Shown in pieces: positions 1-11,221 of a stretch of DNA of 64,000 nt (position 1 is the stretch's first letter; every line of letters starts with the position of its first letter). Source of the DNA: Takakia lepidozioides (Eukaryota; Plantae; Bryophyta). The notes under the pieces are model-generated. The model saw only the letters and a list, made by a program, of their open reading frames with translations. It had not been told where the DNA came from and made no database searches. Made by a program: the position numbers and the translations under genes. The stretch spans positions 31,744,001-31,808,000 of the forward strand of contig CM060731.1 in NCBI GenBank assembly GCA_030704615.1. The letters run 5' to 3'.

Positions 1-99
1 TGTCTAGTATAATTATGTGGTAGTCCCCCAGTCAAGCGGGGGTGCGCACAAGGGTGGAGACTCCTTCCCTCCCTACTGGGGAGGAGTCTCCCCCCTTGT

Positions 100-1199
100 G
101 TTCATGTGTGAATTGCCAATTGGGGCAAGTTAGTGCCAATTGCCCACTCACACAATTCGGCGTGTAAAGGTGGGTTCATCTTGGTTTTTCTGAGTCTGAT
201 TTAATGCTAGTGCTGGCCACATGTTGGTCTTTTTTGAGCTGCCAGTTGGGGCAGGCCACTGGGTTCAATTCCCACTCACACAATGGAATTATCTGTGTTC
301 AGGTTTGTATGTTGCCTCATTATGTTGGAATTTTGCTGGCCTTCAAGCTTGTGTGGCTGCCTCATTGTCTCTAAACTTTCGGAGTGTGCAGATTGTGTGG
401 AACTTGGCCAAAAGCCTTCAGCATGGGCTGCCAATTGGGGCAGCTCCATGGGTTCAAATCCCACCCATGCTTGGCCACTAAGGGTGGGAGATGAAGGTGA
501 GGCTGTTTTGCATCTCTATATTTTGGGAGCTTGGGCTTGTGTGGAATTTGGCTTCAGCATGGGCTGCCAGCTGGGGTAGCTCTGTGGGTTCAAATCCCAC
601 CCATGCTCTCCCACTATGGATAGGAGATGAAGTAGTTGGCTGTTGTGCTTGATTCTGGCCTTTGTCTTCATGTTGCTAGACTCCATTTTGTGTGCCTTAG
701 GCTTGTGTGGAACTTGGGCAAAAGAATGAGAGCAGGTGGAAGCTGATGTGCACATGCCAGGTGTCTTTGTGCTTCAGCAAAACTGCTGCTGCCTATGGCA
801 TTTTGACCCCCCTTACTTTGACCAGTTGTAAATCAGAAAATATGAATCAATTTTTTGCATTCTATGGCTCATCAGAATGCCAATGTGCTGGACAACACCT
901 ATAAGCAAGATGAGGTCCTGCAGATTTCATCCCGTCATTGAAAATTGCAAATTCCTCCAATTTCCCTTATTGTTTTGGGAGGGGCCCAAAAAATGGGCCC
1001 CACACTCAAGGGTGGTGTTTCTCTGATTTTCGCCTGATTGGCCTGGAAATTTACAGGTGTCTGGAAGGGGTAGGTATGAGCATAATGTCCGGTCAATTTT
1101 CCCAAAAACTTTTTTTTCGCTGAGATATTCTCATTTTTCTGAGTTGGGGTCCATTTTTTTCAAAAAGTCAACATTGGGCACCGGGCGCTTAAGGGTTAA
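100..1199. mobile_element. Probable DNA transposon end, piggyBac-like terminus (...AGGG|TTAA), with internal repeats; other end not seen
   Basis: Ends GGGCGCTTAAGGG followed by TTAA (1196-1199); internal ~50-bp repeats at ~112, 236, 420, 556; no transposase ORF and no partner TIR in window. Confidence 0.35.
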
Positions 1200-1226
1200 T
1201 CTCTTTTGCGCCATCCTTTCTGAACC

Positions 1227-2504
1227 TGTAGAATAAAAACAAAAATCAACCCCAAGAAAAGGATCAATTAGTTTCGAGGTTTGTTCGCAGGGAAAGCACT
1301 ATACAATTACGAAATAACGATGCTAGACTATTTTATCTCTCTCTGCCCCTTCAATGGAACTTTTACCACTAGTCATCTTCATCTAACACGATCATCATTT
1401 TTCCAGTTTCATAAATATTTTCTCCATCCTCTATTAATTTTGCTCCATCGGCTGAAATTAAATACCATTGCTCAACTATATTCTTCCTCCATTAGTCTTC
1501 TTTATAAAGGATCGATAATTCCCTATACCACCCTTTACTCACCAGTTGTAATTGTATAATCTCTTTATCGCTGCAACAAAGCTTCTTAAAAATATCTATC
1601 GATACGTTGTCTGATAAAATTAGTAATCAACTCGGATGATTCTTTTACTTCCTCATCCTTTGGCTTTTCCATTCAAATTCCCTTTCCTTCTCTATTAATC
1701 TCCCCTGTCTAATTCAATCAAGGTCTTCCTACTCCAAAGTCCTTTATTCGTGCCTTCATATATTCTGGGTATCCATCTAAAGGACAACACCACATCTGGA
1801 TCCACTTACGTTGCAGATGGCAATGTTTATATAGAACTGATAACTCCTTGTACCATGCTGTACTTCCACTCTCTAATTGCACTAATTCTGCATCATTACA
1901 GGACAGACTCTTAAATATCATAATTGATACATCTTTTGGTAGCCAGGATTTAATTCTCTCACAAAATTCTCATCTCCTCCAATGATGCACATTCTCACCA
2001 TCTCATACAATCATAATTTCTCAATCATCACATTCAGAATCGGATTCACATTCCATCATTCTATTTCTCACACCCAATAGATTGAATTGAAATTCCTTCT
2101 TCTCATTTGTAATCATTACATTGCAAAAATCACAAGACTAATCTATCATTGGTATAAGATTCTATCTTCTAGCTTCGACAACTCCTAGACGCACACTAGC
2201 TCTCTATTCTGCCCTGGTCACGGCTCTCTGGCTCATCTAACACCATCTACTTCACATGAACGAAATAAATAACAGAGTTGTTCCAACAACTTCTATAACT
2301 ACCCAACCTCTTCTATCCATCCAAAATAGTCATCCATCCATTTCTCCTATTATCCAATCAAAGACAGACTATCGGCTGTTCACAAATATCGAGGAACATT
2401 GTTCTATTACAGCAATATCGATGGTATCGCAGAGTATATCAACGAAAAAATATACTAATTTTTTTTTAAACCATAGCTTAACCAGAAATTCCTATTTTTC
2501 TACA
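1227..2504. mobile_element. Solo LTR (or TG...CA-bounded element), 1278 bp
   Basis: TGTAGAA...TTCTACA termini; perfect 5-bp TSD GAACC at 1222-1226 and 2505-2509. Confidence 0.75.
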
Positions 2505-2611
2505 GAACCCAACCCTCTAATGTTCCATGATGACAGTACTCAGATATCCAGTAGAGTGCCCTGCCGAAGGCAACAAGGCCAATGAAGAAAAGCTTGTCTA
2601 GACTTTTGCAC

Positions 2612-4262
2612 CTAAACAAAGACCCCCGCTAGCCACACTAATGTCGGGTATAGTAATTGGTAATTCAGGTGGAAAGAATTCAGGGATGTCCAAGTGTCTT
2701 GCTTCATGTCATACATCACAACTACAGCTGCAAAAGCATTTATGCTCCAGCAGAATATGAGATTGTCATTGCTCACCACATTCAAATAGGAGAGGGCCCA
2801 ACTAGTTCTTGCAATCTCCACCCACTCTGCATCAGTCCTTGCAGAAACTTTAAACTCCCACGCGCATATGATGGGTGGGGTTAAGCGACCACGATCAACA
2901 TACCCAACAAGCAATAGGCGTCCCCCACTCTCTACAAGGAATGGACCATCTATACCATTATAACCAAATGGGCATCTGTATAGCAACGTTAGTCCACACA
3001 CCGTAGGGCCACATCTTACTGCTTTTAATACATAGTGTCTTATTCTAACAGCTAGTTTAGGATTAGATTAGGATGGAGGAACTAGGCGATGTGGCTTCTT
3101 TCCATGGCTGTGCTGGAACGACATCTGGCTGGCCTGTGTATAAGTGCCACGCGGCACATTGATTAGATTATGCACTAATACTATTTAAACTACACCGTTG
3201 TGGCAGTCCCTATGTGGATACTCTGAGGCTGTGTGCTTGAGCATTTGTATGAAAGTTGCATGGATGTTTTGGTCCGTTGAGTCCTCATAGTGAGATTCCG
3301 TCCTCTCTGCCAGGCCCGTCTATCGACTACATTCCCCCTGGCACCGGAATCGTGCTTCATAGGTCGGTTTTTTAGAAAAAAGGTTTTTTAATAGAAAAAG
3401 TCAAACTAGCCCAGTGGGCTCTTACTCCCAACAAGCAATAGGTGCCCCCCACTCTCTATAAGCGATGGACCATGTAAACGATAACCACCTCCATGAGGCA
3501 TCTGTACTTTAGTCCACACAGCGTTGCCAATGTTACAAGCCATCAAAAGGTAGACGTCAGGCAGCCCTGGTGCATGAAGTAGAGTGAAGAGAGTAGGGCC
3601 ACATATCACACTTCTTAGCACACTTGTTGAATAATAGTCCAGATCACCACCTGTTGGCATCTTTCCAGTCTCGATCCAACACTCGCAAATAAGTCATAGA
3701 TGTATGTTCTCCAAAGTCTATTGTCATCGCGATACTCGAAGGATACCACAATGACCTTGTAGCTCTTAGTGCACCTATCCACAATCAAATTTACTCTTGG
3801 CACTTTGACAAGTGGTGGATTGTGAGGCAGGGCAGGCAATTGTCTGAAAGTGTTCAGGAGAGGATTACACACAAACCATGATACGTAATGACCGCCCTCT
3901 TCCCGCTCGTCCTCATCGCGCTCCTCCGTTATGCAAAATAAGCCTCCATCTGCATCATGAGCTCTGCATGGTGAAATATCCTTGGGGAATTTGAGGCCGA
4001 TGCTGTTCCACCGTCCAGTTGTGGGGGAATACAACATGCAAACATCTGGGCTTAGTACGTATCTGCTTATAGACCAGGACTAGATGTAGGATTCTTCATG
4101 AAGAGGGAGTTGCTGACAAAGTTATTGGAAACAAGCGGTAGATGGGAGGGAATTCCACAACTTGCAAACCAACTTAAAGCGGACAAGACTTCGATATGGC
4201 AAAAAGGCCAACACTACCATCAATAACTCAAAAGGAAGCATGCTCCAAATCTCCTCCTCCAT
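2612..4262 (-). pseudogene. F-box/kelch-like (F-box associated) pseudogene, chimeric/interrupted
   Basis: ATG at 4262: MEEEIWSMLPFELLMVVLAFLPYRSLVRFKLVCKLW (F-box motif) then stop; WFVCNPL...LP.LP, YKVIVV and L.ESGG.LLLVG motifs in shifted frames; ESGG segment present twice (~2900 and ~3430) around a ~400-bp insertion. Confidence 0.8.
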
Positions 4263-4643
4263 ATTGCCGAGTAGTTTCGGTGACAAAACCTCTCCAATTG
4301 TGCTATTGTGATCCTAACCTTCACGGAGCTTGGGGGAAAAAAATTAGGGGAAAGAAAGACTCAGCCCTGAGCCTCTGAGAATTCACAGCCATGAGCCCAA
4401 CTATTGTTGGTATTTTCCATCAAAACTGCATTGTTTTTTTGGTACTTGAACTTTCTTTGCTAGCCACCCAATTTCCTTTTACTATTTGCAGCCGTTCTGT
4501 GTACAGTATAGTCTGTCCATAGAAACCCTAAAAATCCCTGAAAATTTTTCCTTGGATTTTACAAACAAAAGGAAAAAAAAGAAAAAAAAGGGATGAAGCC
4601 CTTTAATTTATGTTTTAAATGGAAATTAGTCTTGTTGGAAGCA

Positions 4644-4898
4644 CCTTTCCCCTACGTAAAACACTGGCAAATTTTTTTCTTTGTAATTCAAGGAGCCTCC
4701 CTGGCCGCAAGGTTCCCCCGATTTACGGGAAGTACCTTCCGCTTTTGGAAGGGTCCCCCAATTTGCGGGAAGTACCTTCCGCTTTTGGAAGGGTCCCCCA
4801 ATTTGCGGGAAGTACCTTCCGCGTGTGGAAGGGTCCCCCGATTTGTGGGGCAAGGAGCGGGAAAGAAAAATTTCCTAGTTTTTCACGTTGGGGAAGGG
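4644..4898. mobile_element. MITE/foldback element with ~36-bp imperfect TIRs and internal 40-bp tandem repeat (~3.3 copies)
   Basis: CCTTTCCCCTACGTAAAACACTGGCAAATTTTTTCT versus reverse complement of 4864-4898; unit AAGGGTCCCCCAATTTGCGGGAAGTACCTTCCGCTTTTGG at ~4709, 4749, 4789, 4829. Confidence 0.65.
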
Positions 4899-5346
4899 TC
4901 GTTCCCAAGGCCCTTCCTGAATTTGAGAGCACCGGCAACGAGGGCGGATACTTACATAGCGCGACCGCGCCATACCGCGCGGTTGAGGGTCGGGGGTGGG
5001 GTGGGGAGGATTTGACAGGGGCTCAACGACTCCGGCGAGGTCGCAGGAGGTATTGAAGGTGGCACCATACAATGCTCTTAAGCTTTCCTGCGATGCTTCT
5101 TGTTTGAGGATGAATTTGGAATGGAAAGGTAACGGCAGGTGTGCTGAGGTGAGATTGAGTTTAGAGATTTATGCGATTGTTGGGGACCGTGCAGCCTCAG
5201 CATTCTAGCCTACTGTAAAGTCTTGAGAGCACCTGGATTCATGTGTGCCCTTAGGTTTTACAAGCCACTATCGGAAGGTTAGCGGGGTGCCAAGAACCAA
5301 TTGAGGCTTTATCATGAATTTGTAAGAAAAATCCAGGGAATTGCTC

Positions 5347-8300
5347 ATGGAGAAAGTAATCATGGCGAACATGCAAGGACTCGGAGGTTGCACTGCGGAT
5401 TTGCAGATGAGAAGACAGAGACTGGAGCTCTCTGATCATTCAACAGAGTTTTCAAGATCTAGGGTTTCAAGTACCTTGAGGCACACCTCACATGCCGTTG
5501 GAGATCTCCAAATCGGACGTGGGCGTCTGTCTTGTGTGCAGTCAAATGGTCCTTGCAGAAACCGTTGCTGTACTTTACTCCCATTAGGTTTTAGTGGGTC
5601 TGGAAGCTTGCCTTACAAGTGGATCGAAGAAACAAATAGAATTCCCTGGAGAGCATCGTGTGGAAATCAAATTCGGTCGCTACAGGTGCTGCCTTCTTTT
5701 CAATCTTCCAAAAATCACAACTTCCATTCTGCATCTCTGTGGACTCCACAACCTCATTGCAGCACAATTTCTCAAATACGAGCCAGGCCTGCTCCTGCGT
5801 CAACTGCCTTGGGCTCGGGGAGGCATGCTTGTTTACATAGCTTGAATGTCTACAGACAAAAGACTCTTCTGCCTAAAGGTGCCTTCCAACTAGGCATTCA
5901 CCTGCGCCACATCGGAACGCTTCTCCATAAGAGGAACACTATTGCAGAACGGCTGAGGATTAGAGGGGCACAGTATGAGAATGTGGTACCTGTTCCTATC
6001 GACAATGGACTCGCATCCCTCGAATCGCTGTTGGAGGTGTCTCCGGTTCAGCCTGAGCTGCGCCCTCCTCAAACAGCCGAAGAGAAAAGTAATCAGCGCT
6101 ATGAGGAGCTCATCGAGCGGGTGTGTTGTTCTTCGCTCTACTTGTCTCATTGAACTGATGAAAGAGCTGTGGCGAAGTATATGGTTGCAGATTGTCAGCC
6201 AGTGGGAGGTTTGTGTTGCAGGTGCAGGGCTAAATGAACGACGATTTGAAGGGGTCATGCAAGTACGAATTAAAAACAATTCCAAAAATTCAAGTCGGCT
6301 GTGTGCAGGCATTATAGCAATACATCAATTACCGGGCCTGGTTTGTTGAGACTCCCGGCCCTGTGTCCAGCTAACCTGTGTTGTGGTTCACCCAAGAGGA
6401 CAGGGAAGGCGAAGTAGTCTGTACCACAATGCATAGTCGTACAATAGGGGGTACAAACGCCCTACTCGAAGAAGCCTTCTGCAACAAGATGCAAGGCATG
6501 CAAATTTAGGGACAGCACTCCTCTTGTGGACACCACTTCCTCCCAACCAATGTAGGACGACCATACATGCCGCCTCTGCCTGTGCACTCTGTATAGCATG
6601 TTTTATAACATCAATTGCTTATGATTCTCTCTTTCATCTTTTTTATTTTTTCGTCTGTTTGCAGGCTATCTTTGACTGCCGTTTCCTCACATTGATGGCT
6701 GTCGTTGGTTCATTGGCTGGAGCAGTGCTTTGTTTCTTCAAGGCAAATTTTCTCACCTTCTCCAGTTCTGTAGTTGGATGAGCTGTTCTCTTGAAGGAAA
6801 GGGAGACGATGATGTGCAACTTAGGGATATTTGTAGGAACGTGGGATACCCGCAAAGTGTTGATAATTCTCAGTTCTGATGTGCTCTGCTACAAAGCAGG
6901 CATATTCTCTGGGCAGTCTTGTCAGCCTGAAAGGTGGACCTTTCCACTCACCGAGTGGTAGGTGACCAATATGTCTGGTGACTCGCCTTGCAGCTGGGTT
7001 GACTCAAAGTGTAACTTCTACTACATGTTGTGATGATGAATGTGGCAATGAAAATACTGGGGCTTCAACAAATGTGACCCCAATTTCTGAAGTCTATTTT
7101 CTTCATCAACCATAGAAAGGGACATGCTTATAAGTGTGGTCAATGGTTTCCCTTGAAAGTTGTGGAGGGGGGCTGAATTCTGCATGAATAAATATGAGCC
7201 ACAATCATAATCTATTTCGCATTGTGTCTTTGTCCTTTGTTTCCCGGATCATCATTTGCCCATGATTGACATCACCTGGCTTGCTGGTGGGTGGAGCAGG
7301 GGTCCCTGTCTGTGGTGGGAGCATTTGCAGAGTATTTCCAGGCATCATGGCAGGGTCTTGGCACCAGCCAAGTCATATTTCTTCTGGTGGAGGCTGTTGG
7401 TAGGCCCTCAGAACTCCATTTCTTATGATCACTATGTGCGCGTGTCCTGTTAATTTGTCCCTTCACAGCATCTATTTGCTTGTGATATCAGTTGTCATTG
7501 AAGGAACGACAGCAGAGGCTCAGTCCCTCTATACCCAATTTTTGTGCCAGGTAGGTTTTAGAGATTTTCAGTCCACATGATTGGTTCATAAAACTGCTTG
7601 CTGAATGATTGGTTGGATTGTGGTGAACTTGTAGATGTGTATTTGCTGGGAACAGTGATGCTCATATTTGGCATGGGCCTCTATGAGCTGTTTGTGAGCA
7701 CCCTGGAGGTGGCTGGTGAGGTAGGAGGAGTGAAACACACTAATGTGTGCGGCTCCAATCTATTTGGCCTTTTTCGTCTCACGGTACACACTTAACTTTT
7801 GTTTCTTGACCCCCCAAACTGCGCATTATGTATGTATTTCTTACCGTAGCCTGTGGTCATAAAACACGTGCCAATTTCCACTCCAATTTGTTGTATCAGT
7901 ATTTTCCAGCACTGCCAAATTGGGATTTCAGCAACATTCAACTGGCAGAAAACTGGTGTGGTGAGGCTTGAGCTGGAAGTCTCATGTGGCTGGCGCCACA
8001 GTAAGACATTGCCTAATATTTTGGAGGGCAAACAAGATGGGCTTTTCTTATTTAGGAAGTTAGGACAATGGAGTTCCAATTGCTTCCATAGAACTGGTAA
8101 CAGTTTGGAAAGAACTGGGGGTGCTTGCTTGCTTGCTCAATGCAGGAGCGCCCAAAGTGGCTGGAAATACATTCGTTGGATGAGTTGAAGACCAAACTGG
8201 GTCATGTGATTGTGATGATCTTACTGGTGGGGATGTTTGAGAAAAGCAAGAAGGTGCCCATCAACAGCGGCATCGACCTTCTCTACTTCTCTGCATCCAT

Positions 8301-8364
8301 TCTCCTTTCATCTGGCTGCCTCTATCTACTCTCCAAGCTCCACCATGACAAGTTGCACGAGTAG
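5347..8364 (+). CDS. UPF0114 family membrane protein with long N-terminal extension; exons 5347-6120, 6665-6742, 7300-7399, 7635-7783, 8146-8364
   Basis: Spliced product EELIERAIFDCRFLTLMAVVGSLAGAVLCFFK-GSLSVV...LVEAVDVYLLGTVMLIFGMGLYELF...GSNLFGLFRLT-ERPKWLEIHSLDELKTKLGHVIVMILLV matches plant UPF0114; splice sites keep frame; intron 2 donor is GC; start codon uncertain. Confidence 0.88.
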
Positions 8365-9466
8365 ATTTGAAATCAGCCTCATGACTGTTCCAGACTTGCA
8401 CATGAAATGTGTGGCAGTTCAAAAATTTGTCGAGATAACAACATGCAGATATGGCCTTCCTTCATGCAGTCGGATCTTGTGCCAACCTGGCTCTTACATG
8501 GCTTCCTTTTTTTTTACGACTCCAAAGATTGAGAAAGACTGTCATTAATGAACCGTAGCTCATAGCTGTACTTGACAGCACTTTCTTTACTATAAGATAT
8601 GAACAGTTAATGTCTGGCTTATTAGTGTATAGGACTCAAATGAAGGTGTACAATAGATACCATTTACTCATCAGAGTGTGGTCTGAGCCTTATGGCCCTT
8701 CAACCCTGGCCATGCTTGCTCGCGGTACTGGCGTAAAATAGATTTATCTCATGGACTCTTCGCAGGACCGTTTTATGTCTCAGTCCTCATGGAACACCAG
8801 CAGCCATTTGTTGGGGGTTCAACCACCCAACCCAAGTAACTGAAGCCTGTAGTTGCTAAAGAAGTGGCGCACAGCAGATGGCTAGTGAGTTTCAGGTGAT
8901 GAGTGTTGATGTAAGCTACAGAATTGTGACATTGTGTTGGCAGTGTCTGGGAAACAAGATACTTTCTGTGATGATTCAAGAAGGGCCGATGGTTTAAGGT
9001 CTGAAGAAAATCGATGCCCACATCTAGAGGGCTATGGGTGGCATAAGCTTGCTGTCATGCGGCTTTATTGGACAAACTGTGTATCTCACAATTGACAATC
9101 GCAAGCGATTTGTACATAACAGTGGTCATACCTTTGTACATATACACTGATGGAAGAAGATCAGATTTTACGCCATTAAGTGTCCGGATCACCGCAAGAA
9201 GGGAAAGGGAGCATTGAATGAGCAAGATCAACACACTTCCCTGAATTGAACTTGTTCAGTTTGGGACATCCAATTCCTTCCATGCTGTATATCTCCACTT
9301 AGGTGTCATCATCCAGTTGTTAAGTTTCTCATATGCTTGAATCAGTATTGGTTAGGGTTAGGGTAGGAACTCATTCTTGGTGAGGGATTGATTGTAGGAC
9401 TGTGGACGAAGAGAAGATTTGTGAGGAGAGTAAGCATCTTTCCTACTGGAAGTGATCGATCTCACC

Positions 9467-10876
9467 ATGGATCTGTTGATCAGGTGTGTTCTGTTGAGGA
9501 ATGAGGGACTACAGTTTGCTATGTCGGGAAAGGGCTGGAGGCTCTCGGCCTGGTCGCGGCAGCTGTCCACTTCGGGCTATCAGATTCCTCCTGGAGTGAA
9601 GACTGATGCTTTCATGTGCGGGAAGAAAGAGGGTGGTTGCAGTTCCGATGTCCGCACAAGTGGTTATGGTGATGGAAAAGACAGAAAGGCGAGGAGTGTA
9701 GGGAGAGGAGGTTCGGGCCTGATGGGCTCGGCGGCAGTGGCATTGTTTAGCTCCACCGCAGATCAGGCCGAGCGCCTCAAGCCTAAGATCGAGCTCTTAA
9801 GAAGTTTTGGTGTAAGGGAGGAAGCTATTGACAAAGTTCTACCACGCATCCAAGGGTACAGTGTGGGGAATATAACACAAAAACTGGCATTTCTAGAGGC
9901 TGCGGGAGTTGAGAAGAAGAACTTGGCTAAGCTGATCACGTCTGTGCCTACATTGTTCGGTCACAACGTCGAGCTGAATCTTGAACGGAAGGTGGAGTTC
10001 GTGAAGGACATTGGTGTTAAGGATGAGGAGATCGGCAAGGTTCTTCCTTACATCCTTGATCACAGCCTTCAAGGTATGCTGCATAAGATTGCATTTATGG
10101 AGAGCTGTGGCGTACAGAGAGAGCACATCGGCAGAGTGGTGGTGTCGTTTCCTCAGCTATTTGGGTACAATACTGACAACAATCTCAAGCGGAAAGTGGA
10201 CTTTTTAGGGAGTGAGGGTTTGAGTCCCAAGGGTATAATTAAGCTTATCACTGCACAGCCTGACGTGCTGGGACGGTCTGTTGATGGAAGTCTCTCCAAG
10301 ACAGTGGAATATCTCAGGAGTACAGGGTTTAAGGCGCCAGCACCTTCGATGGCAGGTGCTTTCGCTGTGTGTGCTACCGTAGGTTCTCGTTCCCTGGAGA
10401 AGCGTCTGCTTCGGTTGACAGGCCTTGGCTTCTCCTCATTGGATGCTAGCCAGATGCTAAAGAGGCAACCGACCATAGTCTTCCAAAGTGCACAGGGCAT
10501 TGAGCTTAAAAAGGCCTTCCTCATGGAGACTTTGCAGTGTTCTGCAGAGGAGGCCTTGCAGCTTCTGAAGAAGCAGCCAGGCATTCTCAATCAGAGTGAG
10601 AAAAGCATGCGAAACAAGATCGAATTTCTTAAGGAGACCATGGGCTCTTCACCGAGGATTGTGAAGTTTCCGCAATTTTTGACTATGAGCCTCGAGGCGA
10701 AAATTAAGCCTCGTCTTAGAGTGTTGGCGTCTCTCAAATCTCAGGATCTATTGAAGAAGGACATCAACTCTCTTTCGATACTAGTGAAGTTGTCGGAAAG
10801 AGATTTTCTTCAGAAATTTGTGCAGGGTCGACCTCAAGCTGGTGCTATGTACAAGGGTGACATGTTAATAAGCTGA
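9467..10876 (+). CDS. mTERF family protein, single coding exon, probable organellar targeting peptide
   Basis: Uninterrupted ORF with repeated mTERF motifs (P.LFG.N.E.NL..KV.F; FPQFLTMSLEAKIKPRLRVL); ATG at 9467 or 9521. Confidence 0.88.
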   Translation: MDLLIRCVLLRNEGLQFAMSGKGWRLSAWSRQLSTSGYQIPPGVKTDAFMCGKKEGGCSSDVRTSGYGDGKDRKARSVGRGGSGLMGSAAVALFSSTADQAERLKPKIELLRSFGVREEAIDKVLPRIQGYSVGNITQKLAFLEAAGVEKKNLAKLITSVPTLFGHNVELNLERKVEFVKDIGVKDEEIGKVLPYILDHSLQGMLHKIAFMESCGVQREHIGRVVVSFPQLFGYNTDNNLKRKVDFLGSEGLSPKGIIKLITAQPDVLGRSVDGSLSKTVEYLRSTGFKAPAPSMAGAFAVCATVGSRSLEKRLLRLTGLGFSSLDASQMLKRQPTIVFQSAQGIELKKAFLMETLQCSAEEALQLLKKQPGILNQSEKSMRNKIEFLKETMGSSPRIVKFPQFLTMSLEAKIKPRLRVLASLKSQDLLKKDINSLSILVKLSERDFLQKFVQGRPQAGAMYKGDMLIS

Positions 10877-10995
10877 TATATTTACATGTAACTTCTTTCT
10901 GGAAATGTTGCAGGTAGTGTGGTAAGAAGGGTAATGCCTTCTATTGGTCTTGACTGAGTTCGAGATCAAATGCAAGCATTTTCAAGGTTGGACTC

Positions 10996-11011
10996 TCCCC
11001 CCTCCCTCCCT

Positions 11012-11055
<44 letters not shown>
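10996..11055. repeat. (CCCT)n/(CT)n microsatellite
   Basis: Directly visible. Confidence 0.95.
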
Positions 11056-11058
<3 letters not shown>

Positions 11059-11108
11059 ATGAGCTTTCCGCGGACGTTATACAGCACCATTTCATTTCAT
11101 TTCTCTCT

Positions 11109-11199
11109 AAGTCTTACTACCGACCGCGGCCCCTGACAGAGGTAGGTTCTGTCCCTTTGTGTCACAAGACTACGGCAAACAACGTCTTATGAGTACATT
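11109..11199 (+). mobile_element. Short 3'-end fragment of LINE family 1
   Basis: Matches 13592-13712 (TAAGTCTTACTACC...CAAACAACGTCTTATGAGTACA) with an internal deletion; followed by (TC)n. Confidence 0.85.
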
Positions 11200-11221
11200 C
11201 TCTCTCTCTCTCTCCATATTT

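Noticed and set aside
420-607. Genuine tRNA genes
   Set aside because: Only 52 nt, lacking a full D-arm/anticodon arm set.
4709-4850. CRISPR-like array (also the 18.2-19.1-kb repeat)
   Set aside because: Head-to-tail units with no unique spacers, no cas genes, eukaryotic context.
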